A DNA stretch of 64,000 nt from an uncultured virus (IMG/VR IMGVR_UViG_3300042922_001471) (taxonomy: Duplodnaviria > Heunggongvirae > Uroviricota > Caudoviricetes). Below are positions 10,698-21,037 of the stretch, one piece after another. The number at the start of each line of letters is the position of its first letter. The stretch's first letter is position 1. The notes under the pieces are model-generated. The model searched no databases and was not told where the DNA came from. It worked only from the letters and a program-made list of their open reading frames with translations. The DNA lies in the IMG/VR virus record IMGVR_UViG_3300042922_001471; one strand, given 5' to 3'. The translations under genes and the position numbers were made by a program.

Positions 10698-11285
10698 TTA
10701 AATAAATCTACAATTCAATGTCCAATCTTTTTCTGAAATATGCTGTTCATTTCCACATTCTTCACATTTTACTAACACATCTGGCTCACCTTTGGGGACT
10801 GTTTTATCAAGACTGATATAATTAAAAATCATTTCCTTGTTGCAACCAGTGCAGAATTTGTCAATTATTTCTCTTCTCTTTTTTACGTAGTTAGGTCTAT
10901 TTTCAAATGTCATACTGTCTTCGGGATTACTACTATCACAACCTATACAGTTTTGGGGTTCTGTGAAATCAGTATCTTTTAATAATTCATTAAATAATTC
11001 GTCTCCATGTTTGCACTGAGTACAATAAACATGAGTATTTTTATTTAATTTATTCATTGGTTTAGGAAATTCCATCCAATGAGTTATAGTCCAAGCACTC
11101 ACAACAAGTCTATTTTTCCATTTCCATCTTTTTACTACCTTATTTTTAACTATAGTACATTCCCATTCCATGACCATAGTCTCAGGTTCTTCCCAACTAT
11201 TACAAATTACTGTAACTAAATATTCTTTCTTAATACAATCTTTACTATCTGGAGGTTGTTGGTCTTTAATATCTATCCAATTCAT
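10698..11285 (-). CDS. DUF551-like phage protein with Cys-rich C-terminus
   Basis: MNWIDIKDQQP...ITHWMEFPKP plus several CxxC motifs. Confidence 0.7.
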   Translation of the reverse strand: MNWIDIKDQQPPDSKDCIKKEYLVTVICNSWEEPETMVMEWECTIVKNKVVKRWKWKNRLVVSAWTITHWMEFPKPMNKLNKNTHVYCTQCKHGDELFNELLKDTDFTEPQNCIGCDSSNPEDSMTFENRPNYVKKRREIIDKFCTGCNKEMIFNYISLDKTVPKGEPDVLVKCEECGNEQHISEKDWTLNCRFI

Positions 11286-11359
11286 TTTTATAATTCTCCT
11301 CTTATGATGCTATTTTATTTTTTAAATTTCTTCAATCTTATATTTTAGGCTATCTATAG

Positions 11360-11447
11360 CAATTCTGCAATTCTGCAATTCTGCAATTCTGCAATTCTGC
11401 AATTCTTCAATTCTTCAATTCTTCAATTCTTCAATTCTTCAATTCTT
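11360..11447. repeat. 8-bp VNTR: (CAATTCTG)x5 then (CAATTCTT)x6
   Basis: directly counted. Confidence 0.95.
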
Positions 11448-11784
11448 TCATTAATTCTACTTCTTAATATCTGTTGTAAATTTATTTCTTAATACATTAT
11501 ACCATATTAATATATTTATGTAAATAATAATTTACTTAACTGCCCGTATAGATAAAAAAGTTGAGAGCTGGGATGAAAGGTCATAATTTAAAATTCAAGG
11601 AGTTGGGAATATTTCAAAAGGAAGCCTTGATATGATGAAATTTTACGCTGAAGCTTTAATCAGAACAAATGGAAATAACTTTGATGGATTTATGTCTCCA
11701 AGAGAAGAAATGGAAGAAGTGTTTAAAAAAAACCAAATGATATAAAAGAAAAATACTATGGTTAAACCATAGTATTTTTTTTAA

Positions 11785-12435
11785 TTAATACTTGTACCCC
11801 TCATTTTTTAAATTATCGTTCATATTGTTTTTACTTAAATATTCTCTTTTAATGTCTTCGTAAAAATTACAAATATACACATATATATATGGGTAAACCC
11901 AGAATAACGGAATGCCTAAAAGTAATAAGGATAACAATATCCAGATAACAAAGATTAATTGAAGTAAGAATAGTTCCATTTTATGACCATACATCATTTG
12001 TTTACTTAAGTTTATTGTTTGTGTTGCAGTTAATTCTGGATAATCGTGTAATAAGAAAATTGTCATTGAATAACTCAAACCTTTTATAATCCCTGGAATA
12101 ATAAACAATAATGACCATAAAAATGTATAGAAACCGACAAGTATTTGAGTTATTACTATTTTTCCAAAATCATTATATCCTGAAAGTATATAACCAACTT
12201 CTACTTCCTCATATCTTGCAAATTTTAAAAAGTAACTATAAACTCCATAAGATAATGGTATCATTGCTATTGAAATTCCGAAAGAAATAATCTCTGATAA
12301 ATCTTCACCAATAAAATAAAAAAATATCTGTTGAACTATTGTTATAAATAACATTATAACCATTACTGTTATGGGTTGACTGTAATTACCTTTTAACCTT
12401 TCTTTTGTTTGAAACCTTAAATCTTCAAATTTCAT
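11785..12435 (-). CDS. DUF975-like membrane protein
   Basis: LWSLLFIIPGIIKGLSYSM...SKQMMYGHKMELF; multiple TM segments. Confidence 0.85.
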   Translation of the reverse strand: MKFEDLRFQTKERLKGNYSQPITVMVIMLFITIVQQIFFYFIGEDLSEIISFGISIAMIPLSYGVYSYFLKFARYEEVEVGYILSGYNDFGKIVITQILVGFYTFLWSLLFIIPGIIKGLSYSMTIFLLHDYPELTATQTINLSKQMMYGHKMELFLLQLIFVIWILLSLLLLGIPLFWVYPYIYVYICNFYEDIKREYLSKNNMNDNLKNEGYKY

Positions 12436-12537
12436 AAATATTATAACCTCCCTTAAATTTAATTTCTAAATATTATAGTTTTACATTCTGAAAAATATAA
12501 AAGAAACCACTATAATTAGTAGTTTCTTTAGCAATAG

Positions 12538-13050
12538 TTATTTAATAATCAAATCGTCTAAACTTTTATAGACTGTATATTCTACAGGTGAATACATTGC
12601 TTTCATTGATTTTTCTGTTTGCTTGTCCCATTTTAGATATGCCACGTATATATCCTCAGTTGTAAAATCTCTTTTTAATAACGGAGTAGTTCTTTTGTTA
12701 TAGTTAATAGTAACTGCAACAGTATACCCATTTTTGAGCATTTTTTTATACCACTTTTCAAACCGTAAAATGCCAACAAATTCGTTAATGAATTGTTCAG
12801 TTATACCATAGTCATTTTCATGTAACATATAAGCTGGATATTTTGTATAGTATTCTTTTATTGATTTAAATACGTCTTCTCTTTTATCAGCATCAATAAA
12901 CCATATAATATCTAAACAACCACCGCAAGCGTCATCATGACAATGAGCAACCTTTTTACCATTGTAATAAAGATTAGCATTAAAACCATATCCATCATGT
13001 CCCTCGAATTCCTTAAATCCTTTTAATTCTAAATTCATTATTTTAGCCAT
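12538..13050 (-). CDS. hypothetical protein
   Basis: 170-aa ORF, AAGGAG SD, terminator hairpin downstream. Confidence 0.75.
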   Translation of the reverse strand: MAKIMNLELKGFKEFEGHDGYGFNANLYYNGKKVAHCHDDACGGCLDIIWFIDADKREDVFKSIKEYYTKYPAYMLHENDYGITEQFINEFVGILRFEKWYKKMLKNGYTVAVTINYNKRTTPLLKRDFTTEDIYVAYLKWDKQTEKSMKAMYSPVEYTVYKSLDDLIIK

Positions 13051-13178
13051 CTCAAATCTCCTTATCTTATCCTATATAATTTGTTTAAAAACACCTTTGA
13101 TATAAAATCTTTTATATTATAGATTTAAGCATGTAATTAAATTACTAATAAAAAAATAGCAGTATTATCTGCTACCTT

Positions 13179-14246
13179 TTATAATTCATAATACTCTCTT
13201 AAAGTTTTAATAAGATTTGGTATTTCTATAATTCCATATCCATATTTATTATCTTTACCTTCTTCTCCTAAATCAGTTGCACTATTCTTAGCTATTTCCA
13301 TTATTTCTTCTCTTGTAGCATCAGGCATAGCTTCTTTTATTAGAGCAAAAGTTCCAGTAACATAAGCAGAAGAAATAGAAGTTCCTTCATGTGCTTCGTA
13401 AGAGCTATTGATAAATGTACTTGCTATGTCAACACCAGGAGCAGTAAAATCTACTTCTTTCCCAGTTGATGAAAAATTAGCAATATTATCATTCTTGTCT
13501 ATTGAACTTACAGCAATAGCACCTGCATATTTTGCAAGACTACTAATCTTGTCTTCATTGTGTAAGGCGTTTCCTTCATTTCCAGAACAAGTAATTACTA
13601 TTATTCCTTTTTCAGAAGCTAAGTTAACAGCTTTTTCATATTCTTCACATTTGATTTTACTATCTCCAAGGCTCATATTAATTATGTCCATGTCATTATC
13701 AATTGCCCAATAAATGCCCTTAATAATATCCAACACATATCCATCACCTTTTGAATTTAAAGCCTTTATAGCGTAAATAGAAGCTCCTGGTGCGATACCG
13801 ACATGCCCAGTATTATTATCTTGAGCAGAAATTATACCAGCCATATGAGTTCCATGACCATTATCGTCATTATAGGAAGTAGTATAATCTACCATGGAAA
13901 CACCACCAGCAACTATTAAATCTGGATGGTTTAAATCTATCCCAGTATCAATTATAGCTACCTTCACACCCTTTCCTGTTAAAGAGTTTTTCAAAGTGTT
14001 TTCTGCAATTATTCTTTCATATCCCCAACTTTCACTCTGAAATTTATCTTTATCATATACTGTGCTAACATAGGTAATTTCCTTCATTTCATCAGTAGTA
14101 AGTTTATTAATTATCTCACTTTTCGCAATCTGATAATCAAGAAATACTTCTACTTCTGAATAAGCATATGAAATAACTGTGGCAAAAGTAAATATTATAG
14201 TAACTGAAGTTAAATACATAATTGCTAATTTGAATAGGTTTTTCAT
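13179..14246 (-). CDS. secreted S8 (subtilisin-family) serine peptidase
   Basis: signal peptide; VAIIDTG, NGHGTHMAG, SGN, GTS catalytic motifs. Confidence 0.92.
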   Translation of the reverse strand: MKNLFKLAIMYLTSVTIIFTFATVISYAYSEVEVFLDYQIAKSEIINKLTTDEMKEITYVSTVYDKDKFQSESWGYERIIAENTLKNSLTGKGVKVAIIDTGIDLNHPDLIVAGGVSMVDYTTSYNDDNGHGTHMAGIISAQDNNTGHVGIAPGASIYAIKALNSKGDGYVLDIIKGIYWAIDNDMDIINMSLGDSKIKCEEYEKAVNLASEKGIIVITCSGNEGNALHNEDKISSLAKYAGAIAVSSIDKNDNIANFSSTGKEVDFTAPGVDIASTFINSSYEAHEGTSISSAYVTGTFALIKEAMPDATREEIMEIAKNSATDLGEEGKDNKYGYGIIEIPNLIKTLREYYEL

Positions 14247-14256
14247 ACTTATCTCC

Positions 14257-14358
14257 TCATAACATAAATGAATTTATGTTTACTCCTATTGTTACAACTC
14301 CTATAATTATTAAAGTTATAACCATAGATAATTTAAATATTTGTAATGATTTTTTCAT
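14257..14358 (-). CDS. 33-aa single-TM peptide
   Basis: AGGAGG SD; MKKSLQIFKLSMVITLIIIGVVTIGVNINSFML; stop overlaps the SD of the peptidase gene. Confidence 0.6.
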   Translation of the reverse strand: MKKSLQIFKLSMVITLIIIGVVTIGVNINSFML

Positions 14359-14423
14359 TTAATTCCTCCTGTTAAATGTTTTATAAAAATACAGACACTA
14401 AATTATTGTGTCTGCATTTTTTA

Positions 14424-14573
14424 TTATATTTTAAAATTTTTACTACATGGTTTGTTTAATTCCGTACATGAACTACAAAACTCATATCCCCCACAAGAAT
14501 AAAAATCCTTACCTTCTTCTGCTTTGCCTAATTTGTATTTTAGGTTAAATAATGCCTTTTTAAAAATTTTCAT
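14424..14573 (-). CDS. 49-aa Cys-containing hypothetical protein
   Basis: AGGTGAGG SD; MKIFKKALFNLKYKLGKAEEGKDFYSCGGYEFCSSCTELNKPCSKNFKI. Confidence 0.55.
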   Translation of the reverse strand: MKIFKKALFNLKYKLGKAEEGKDFYSCGGYEFCSSCTELNKPCSKNFKI

Positions 14574-14589
14574 AATATCCTCACCTTTC

Positions 14590-15159
14590 TTATATCGCTT
14601 CCTCAGTTATTTCTTTAATGACTTGACATTTTGACAAAAGCTTTAAAGTCATATCGCTATATCCTTCTTCTTTTATCAAATACTCTTTGCCATCAGCAGT
14701 TTCCACCTTTATTACACCTGGCGTATTTGTATACCATGTACCCCAAGCACTTATAATTAAGTCTGGATTTTTTTCTGCTTGCATTTTGTCTCTTTCTCTT
14801 ATTTTTTTATACTCCGAATACTCATTTTCTAAAGGTGTTATGCCTTTTGATATTAAGTAATTAGGAAAATAAGAAGATAAAGTCTTAAGTAATGTTTTTT
14901 CATGTTTATCTGCTTTGTCTCCAAAAATTTCATTCCATTTATCTTTTAATTCATACAATGGAATTGCATATCCACAATCTTCTTCATAGCAATAGTAATT
15001 TCCATAAACTAATGCTTCTGCAATTGCTTCTTTTGAAAAATGTTTATTAGCAAACGGTATTGACACCATAATGCCACCATGTCCTGCTGTACTTACATTT
15101 CTTACCCCCCTTAGAATTTGACTTGAATTTTGAACTATTCCCCAAGGTGAACTACTCAT
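14590..15159 (-). CDS. conserved plasmid/ICE-type protein (TAGHGG...YEEDC motif)
   Basis: SPWG, STAGHGGIMV and YEEDCGYAI motifs; AAGGAGG SD. Confidence 0.7.
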   Translation of the reverse strand: MSSSPWGIVQNSSQILRGVRNVSTAGHGGIMVSIPFANKHFSKEAIAEALVYGNYYCYEEDCGYAIPLYELKDKWNEIFGDKADKHEKTLLKTLSSYFPNYLISKGITPLENEYSEYKKIRERDKMQAEKNPDLIISAWGTWYTNTPGVIKVETADGKEYLIKEEGYSDMTLKLLSKCQVIKEITEEAI

Positions 15160-15353
15160 ATTTTCTTCCTCCTTATATAAATAAGTAAAATTATTTTCCT
15201 AATTTTTGCATATATTTTATTATAGTTTTATTTATTTTTTTTATAATTTATGAGTCATAAGATATCAATTTAGTTGACTATTGTCAATGTTTATGTTATA
15301 ATAAACTATAGAACAGAATAAAGCAAAATAAAATAAATGGAGGTAATGAATTA

Positions 15354-15674
15354 ATGTTAGTAAATGATACATCTATACTCACTGGATTAGGTTCTGGACT
15401 TGCATCAGTTGATGTAGTTGAAAATTCAGTTAAATTATCTTTTAAAAATGGGGCTACTTTTACATTAACACCACAAGTTGAGGAAGACAGAATTGATTAC
15501 ACAATGGACTATGTAACTGGAAAGGAAAATAAGCAAATTGAAAGATTGCAAAAGAAAATTAATGCTCTTGAAGATGAAATGAACAATATTAAAATAAATG
15601 GAAGTAATTCTGAATCCGATTCTGACGAAGAAGATATTGAAGATTCACAAGACTTTCCTGATATGGAGGATTAA
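15354..15674 (+). CDS. hypothetical acidic protein
   Basis: GGAGG SD; TTGACT-17-TATAAT promoter upstream. Confidence 0.8.
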   Translation: MLVNDTSILTGLGSGLASVDVVENSVKLSFKNGATFTLTPQVEEDRIDYTMDYVTGKENKQIERLQKKINALEDEMNNIKINGSNSESDSDEEDIEDSQDFPDMED

Positions 15675-15767
15675 TTAGTCTATGTTAAATGGGATACAGT
15701 AATAAACTTTAATGTTACTGTATCCTTTTTTAAAAGAATTAAAAATACATAAGAAAGAGGTCAATAT

Positions 15768-16304
15768 ATGTATAAAATGAATTGCCCATATTGTAATACA
15801 GCAATGATATATGAAAAAGATACTGAAATGGAAAAGAGAGATTACATTACAATGAAATGCCCTCAATGTCCAACTCACAGAAATGGGCATTTAGTGCCTA
15901 TAAATAATCCTGAATTATCAAAAGTAGATGAAGAATTGTATTTACATGATATGAGTTTTAATAAAGGTTCTATAGATATGAGTTTAAGTGGTAAACCAGC
16001 TAAAGCTTTTTTAAATAATCTTATGGAGCTTTTCGTGCAAAACGGAGGAAAAAACTATTTAACTATGGTGGTTAATGATAGTGAAAACAAATATTCTTTA
16101 ACTATTGAAAACTGTAATGGTAAGGATACTCCTTCTGAGAAGATAGCAAGATTAACTAAGTCTGCTAATGAATATAAGGAAATAGCAGTGGAATTATCGA
16201 AAATTATAAGAGGATTTGAAAATACAAAAATTGTTTTAAATCAAAGTAATAATGATTTACTGTTGAAATTAGAAAAAATGATTAAAGAAATTGAAATTAA
16301 ATAA
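15768..16304 (+). CDS. hypothetical protein with N-terminal Zn ribbon
   Basis: CPYC...CPQC. Confidence 0.75.
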   Translation: MYKMNCPYCNTAMIYEKDTEMEKRDYITMKCPQCPTHRNGHLVPINNPELSKVDEELYLHDMSFNKGSIDMSLSGKPAKAFLNNLMELFVQNGGKNYLTMVVNDSENKYSLTIENCNGKDTPSEKIARLTKSANEYKEIAVELSKIIRGFENTKIVLNQSNNDLLLKLEKMIKEIEIK

Positions 16305-16320
16305 GAGAAAGGAATAAAAT

Positions 16321-16788
16321 ATGAGTTTTAAAAATTATAATGAAATAGAACAGTGGTTTATAAAACAAATACCTACAAATTCAGGAGTTTATATTGAAAC
16401 TGAAATTAATAATGAGACAAAAATACTTCATATATTTAAATTAAATGGAGTTTATTTGCATAGTGAAGTTTGCCTTAATGGAATTATGATTAACACTATG
16501 ATTGTCGGATTTTGTGAGGACTTGTTTCCTTTTGGGGCTAAATCAGTAGAAATTATATCTGAAAGTGATGTAATATTTAAATTAGGTGGGATTGGTCTTT
16601 TAAAAAAATATAATAGACATCAGAAGTTGATTGAAATTCTTAATGAAAAAGTTGATTATAAATGTCTTTCCGAAAATGAAATAATAGAAATACTAAGAAA
16701 TTCAGGGCTATGTCCTACAGAAGAAGGTTGCAAAGAAAATACTTCATGTTCTGAGTGCTGGAAGATATATTTGGATAAAGAGGCATAA
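16321..16788 (+). CDS. hypothetical protein
   Basis: 155-aa ORF, SD, Cys-rich C-terminus. Confidence 0.7.
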   Translation: MSFKNYNEIEQWFIKQIPTNSGVYIETEINNETKILHIFKLNGVYLHSEVCLNGIMINTMIVGFCEDLFPFGAKSVEIISESDVIFKLGGIGLLKKYNRHQKLIEILNEKVDYKCLSENEIIEILRNSGLCPTEEGCKENTSCSECWKIYLDKEA

Positions 16789-17294
16789 TTTAAGTAAATA
16801 GTTAATATATCAAGCAGGGATTAGCCTACTTGTTTAATTTAGTAAAAATGAACTTGTAAGTATTGCTTACAAGTTGAAATGTAATAATTGAAGTGGTATT
16901 TTCCAAAATGGAAATAATGCCATATTTATATACATTCTCCTGGATTAAATACAGAATATTTTAGTTCATTTATTGCTTCATCTATTGCTTATTCAATATT
17001 ATCTGCCATCACAGCATTACCATTTTCACATACCTCCGTTGATAAAGCAAGATTAACAATACAGTTTTTCCATACAGAAACGCTGAAAATTATGGCAAAA
17101 GAAATAATGAATATAATACCAATGTCAGTAAGTGATTAAGTTAGTAAAAATAAATTAGACAGTATAATAAATGATATATTATCTACCTACAATAATTACA
17201 AAAAGATATATATGTAATCTTGGATAATCCAATACCAAAAAGCTCTAAATAAAAAAGGGGTGCTAATGTACCCCCTTTTAATTGCATATTTTTC

Positions 17295-19388
17295 TTATAA
17301 ATTCACATATATATCTATAATCTGGCTTTCTAACATTCTTTCATACTCTCTATGAGTATCTGTATTGTCAGTTGTATTATATAATAGATGTGCTAATTCA
17401 TGTGCAATGGTATTCAAGTTAAACATTAAACATTTTAACTCATTTTTACCTACTGCAGTCTTGCCAGTATAATTAGCAATACTAAATTTTTTAAGATTTG
17501 TTGCTTTTCTATCAAATATTATTTCACCATTATAGGTAACAGCATAAACATTAATCTTTTTAGCAGAATTTTTCTTTGTTTCTTGTTTTAAATTATTACC
17601 ATTAAATTCAACAGTTATTTTTTCTGATATATTTCCTATTTTAAAAACACCTCTTTGTAATTTATAATGTTTTCTAATAGGCTCTAAAAGCTTAATGAAC
17701 GCATCTTCTTTTGATGTCTTATGAAATAATTCAGTAATAGCATAATCTTTTATAATAGCACTATTTATGTTTTCAATATGAGGCACTTGTTTTTCTTTAA
17801 GAAATTCTTCAAACATTTTGTTTTTAGCTTTAAAAACTGTTATACCATAGTATTCAGCAAGTGCTATACTTTCATAATATTTATCGCTATTAGCTAATTC
17901 AACCCACATAATGTTTTTATGTTTTTTAAGAATTTCTTTTAATGTTTTCCTATTTCCTTTAGTAGGATTTTTTACGATAGGAATTGCTACACTTCCAGCA
18001 TAGTTCTTTTCATCAACTACCTCTTCTTCATATTCCTCTTCTTCTATACAATTATCTAAGGAATTGTTGTCTTCCATACTATCAGTGTCTTCTTCTGAAT
18101 TATCCTCTTCGGTTTCTTCTGTTTCTTCAACTTCTTCCAATTCATTAGTATCTTCACTATCTTCCTCATTGTTAATATCATTATTTTCTTCATTGTCAGT
18201 ATTTAATTCTTCTTTTTCAACTTTCTTAAGAATCTGATTACCAACTACTATTTCAGAAGTATTTTCGATATTATTAATAATGTTCTCAACATTCTCTACT
18301 GTTAGCTTTGTAACATTATCAGTTTCTTCTTCCTTTTTATCAGATACTACCCAACTAACATTCTTACCTGCAAGCTGATTTAGAGAAGTTCTAATATTTT
18401 CAACGTCTATTTTTTGATTAGACACATTCATTAGCACTTTAATTTTATCAGTAGTTTTAGTCTTTTCCGTAATTTCATCTACAAGTAAAAACTTCTCATA
18501 ATCTTTAGTATCCAAGTGATTAGTAATAGCATCTTCATATTCGTTGAAGAAATAGTCATCATTAATTGTTTCTAAGAAACTTTTATATAAATCCACTATA
18601 CACTTATTCATTGTATACCTAAATTTATTATATTTATCGTCATATACAATTTCTTTTCTATCAGGTTCTTTTAATTTTAATACATTCTTCTTTAAAGAAA
18701 CTACTCCTGTTATATGATTAAACCAATAAAGCTTTTTTACATCTCTAAGCTCGTAAACAAGCATAGGATTTGAATATGCGTCAGGTGCAACACATAAAAC
18801 AGCTTCAAAATATCTATTATTATAACTCTTTTTAAAATCACCTGTTATGCCTTCAAAAATATCTTTTCTTGGTATACGTGTACCATTTAAGTAAATATTG
18901 TAAATCATTCTTTCTCCATCTGATTTGATTCTATCAATTATATCAGTAGCATTTTTAAAGATATAATCGCTTTTTAACTCTACATAAAATCCATCAATAG
19001 GAGTTTCTGATTCTGTTACTAAAACTTCTAAATTGTCTTTTGCAGTTTCAACATCAACATTAATATCAAACTTATTGCTTTTTATTCTAACATATGAAAT
19101 GCCAGGAATTGCTAATACACTCCAAAAACCTATACCGAAGCCTTCCTGAGTACTTTTCCATTCTGAATAATCAAAAGTTATTAAACTTTCGGGTTTTTTT
19201 AAGCCACAGCCATTATCTTGAAAAATGATTTTGTCATCATTAATATCAATAAATAATGTTTTTGCTTTAGCTCTGTAAGCATTTTGCATAAGTTCTGTTA
19301 TAAATGTTAATGGACTTTCGAATATACTTCCATCGAGAATTTTATTTAATTTTCCCTTTGTATTAGATTCAAATTTCATTACCTTCAT
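17295..19388 (-). CDS. GHKL (Hsp90/MutL-like) ATPase with acidic linker and C-terminal HEXXH motif
   Basis: ELMQNA, DNGCG, GFGIGF motifs; E/D/N-rich middle region; TIAHELAHLLY. Confidence 0.85.
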   Translation of the reverse strand: MKVMKFESNTKGKLNKILDGSIFESPLTFITELMQNAYRAKAKTLFIDINDDKIIFQDNGCGLKKPESLITFDYSEWKSTQEGFGIGFWSVLAIPGISYVRIKSNKFDINVDVETAKDNLEVLVTESETPIDGFYVELKSDYIFKNATDIIDRIKSDGERMIYNIYLNGTRIPRKDIFEGITGDFKKSYNNRYFEAVLCVAPDAYSNPMLVYELRDVKKLYWFNHITGVVSLKKNVLKLKEPDRKEIVYDDKYNKFRYTMNKCIVDLYKSFLETINDDYFFNEYEDAITNHLDTKDYEKFLLVDEITEKTKTTDKIKVLMNVSNQKIDVENIRTSLNQLAGKNVSWVVSDKKEEETDNVTKLTVENVENIINNIENTSEIVVGNQILKKVEKEELNTDNEENNDINNEEDSEDTNELEEVEETEETEEDNSEEDTDSMEDNNSLDNCIEEEEYEEEVVDEKNYAGSVAIPIVKNPTKGNRKTLKEILKKHKNIMWVELANSDKYYESIALAEYYGITVFKAKNKMFEEFLKEKQVPHIENINSAIIKDYAITELFHKTSKEDAFIKLLEPIRKHYKLQRGVFKIGNISEKITVEFNGNNLKQETKKNSAKKINVYAVTYNGEIIFDRKATNLKKFSIANYTGKTAVGKNELKCLMFNLNTIAHELAHLLYNTTDNTDTHREYERMLESQIIDIYVNL

Positions 19389-19502
19389 AATTTTTCTCCT
19401 TCTTAACCTTTAATTTTAAAATTAGCCTTTTTCTTTTATTATTTTTTATTATAGATAGAAGCCTCTTATAAAATCACAAAACTTATACTATTTGGTAAAT
19501 TG

Positions 19503-19757
19503 TTATACGGTATCTTCCTCGTCACAATAATCGTCATCATTTGTATTGTACCACATACCAGTTCGTTCACAGAATTTAAAATCTTCATTTATTGCCATTT
19601 CATACAGACTTGCCCAATCAATATCTTCTTCACGCATTTCAGCTATGTTTCTTTCTTTATTTTCTATTTCTTCATCATTATCCTCAAATCCAGCAAAATC
19701 ATACCCCATAAGTTCCAAATTTTCTAATAATTCATATTTAGTATATCCTTTGTTCAT
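19503..19757 (-). CDS. hypothetical acidic protein
   Basis: 84-aa ORF, GGGGG SD. Confidence 0.7.
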   Translation of the reverse strand: MNKGYTKYELLENLELMGYDFAGFEDNDEEIENKERNIAEMREEDIDWASLYEMAINEDFKFCERTGMWYNTNDDDYCDEEDTV

Positions 19758-19771
19758 ATGTATCCCCCTAA

Positions 19772-20269
19772 TTATTTATTATCTTTGATTTTCTTTTGAA
19801 TTATAAGTGTTCTATAATCTTCAAACCCATACTTGTCCATATATTCTTCTAATGCACTTGCCATCATGTCGATTGCATTAAAGATACTCCATTCTTGACA
19901 GAAACATTGCCACCTTTTCCACACCTTTTTATAAACTCTTGCACTGGTTGTTGTTATAACATCATCACTTCTTTTCGTAACTTCTGGTTGAAACTGCTTG
20001 TGTTTCATATAATACTCATAGCTGTTAGCAAGGGTTTTTAAACGACTAATTTCTTCTTCAGTAAGTTTTACATCCTTAGTAAAAATATCTTTATCTTTTG
20101 CAAACCCAAGTTCCATTAGCATTTTCATTGCTGTTGGATATGTAAAATTAAGTGTTTCTGAACGAAATTCTTTAATAGTTCTGCCACATTCTTTTAATTC
20201 AAGAAGTCTTTGATTTACTAAATCAACCTTCTCTTTTTCGCTTAACTGTTTAAATTCGGATAAATTCAT
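19772..20269 (-). CDS. putative DNA-binding protein (C-terminal ribbon-helix-helix-like)
   Basis: TTSARVYKKVWKRW...DMMASALEEYMDKY pattern. Confidence 0.55.
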   Translation of the reverse strand: MNLSEFKQLSEKEKVDLVNQRLLELKECGRTIKEFRSETLNFTYPTAMKMLMELGFAKDKDIFTKDVKLTEEEISRLKTLANSYEYYMKHKQFQPEVTKRSDDVITTTSARVYKKVWKRWQCFCQEWSIFNAIDMMASALEEYMDKYGFEDYRTLIIQKKIKDNK

Positions 20270-20625
20270 AACGAAATCTCCTTCTATATAAAATAATTTT
20301 GTACTTTTTTATTTTATACTACAGTTTGTGTATTGTCAAAATATTTTACTATATAACTCTATAGTTTTATATTCGTCATTTTTATCACTCCTGTAGTTAA
20401 TATATAAATTACCTTATATATTACTGCAGTTTTTATTAATATGATTATATAAATAATTAAATTAAAGTTATAATAGAGTTATGATTATAACTTTAGTAAT
20501 TTTAACTATTAATTTATTTTATTTTATAATACATGTATTGTTATTTTATATTGTAATCAAAAATGCCATATAATTTAAAAAGTTAATAAAATAGGAATAT
20601 ACAATATATATATTTGGAGGATAAA

Positions 20626-20907
20626 ATGTTTAATTTTAAAGAGGAATTTGATAAGTATAATGTACCTGGAAAAATTAGAAAGGCATCTGAAAGTATTTGT
20701 ACCAGATTTAATATTAATGGGATTTGTGACCCCATGTATATAAGCAATGTTATTGCAAACGAAAGTGAATCAGGTAATGGAATGAATACTTTTACAAGTG
20801 ATGATATTAGAAATACACAATATATAGCAGAAAGACTACAATTTGCTTATAGTACTTTAATTAAGAAAAATGATATTGAAGAATTAAAAAAGATTTTAGA
20901 TGCTTAA
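20626..20907 (+). CDS. hypothetical protein
   Basis: GGAGG SD precedes ATG at 20626 (the track starts at TTG 20614). Confidence 0.65.
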   Translation: MFNFKEEFDKYNVPGKIRKASESICTRFNINGICDPMYISNVIANESESGNGMNTFTSDDIRNTQYIAERLQFAYSTLIKKNDIEELKKILDA

Positions 20908-21037
20908 AATATCGACATTTCAAACACTTGTAAAGTGCTGTGTTGGAGGAGAAGAATGGATACAGAGGATATTGTTTTATATTTGTAATTTAATATATTT
21001 AATAATAAAAACTGCATACTTTAAAGTATGCAGTTTT

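Noticed and set aside
16850..16920. Short palindromes (CTTGTAAG/CTTACAAG; ATTTTCC/GGAAAT)
   Set aside because: Single short occurrences with no supporting context
8132..16993. Stop-codon reassignment suggested by in-frame TAAs (pth2 and fragments near 11586 and 16990)
   Set aside because: TAA ends most intact genes here, such as HU, clpX and nrdD, directly before terminators or next genes; decay or error explains these better
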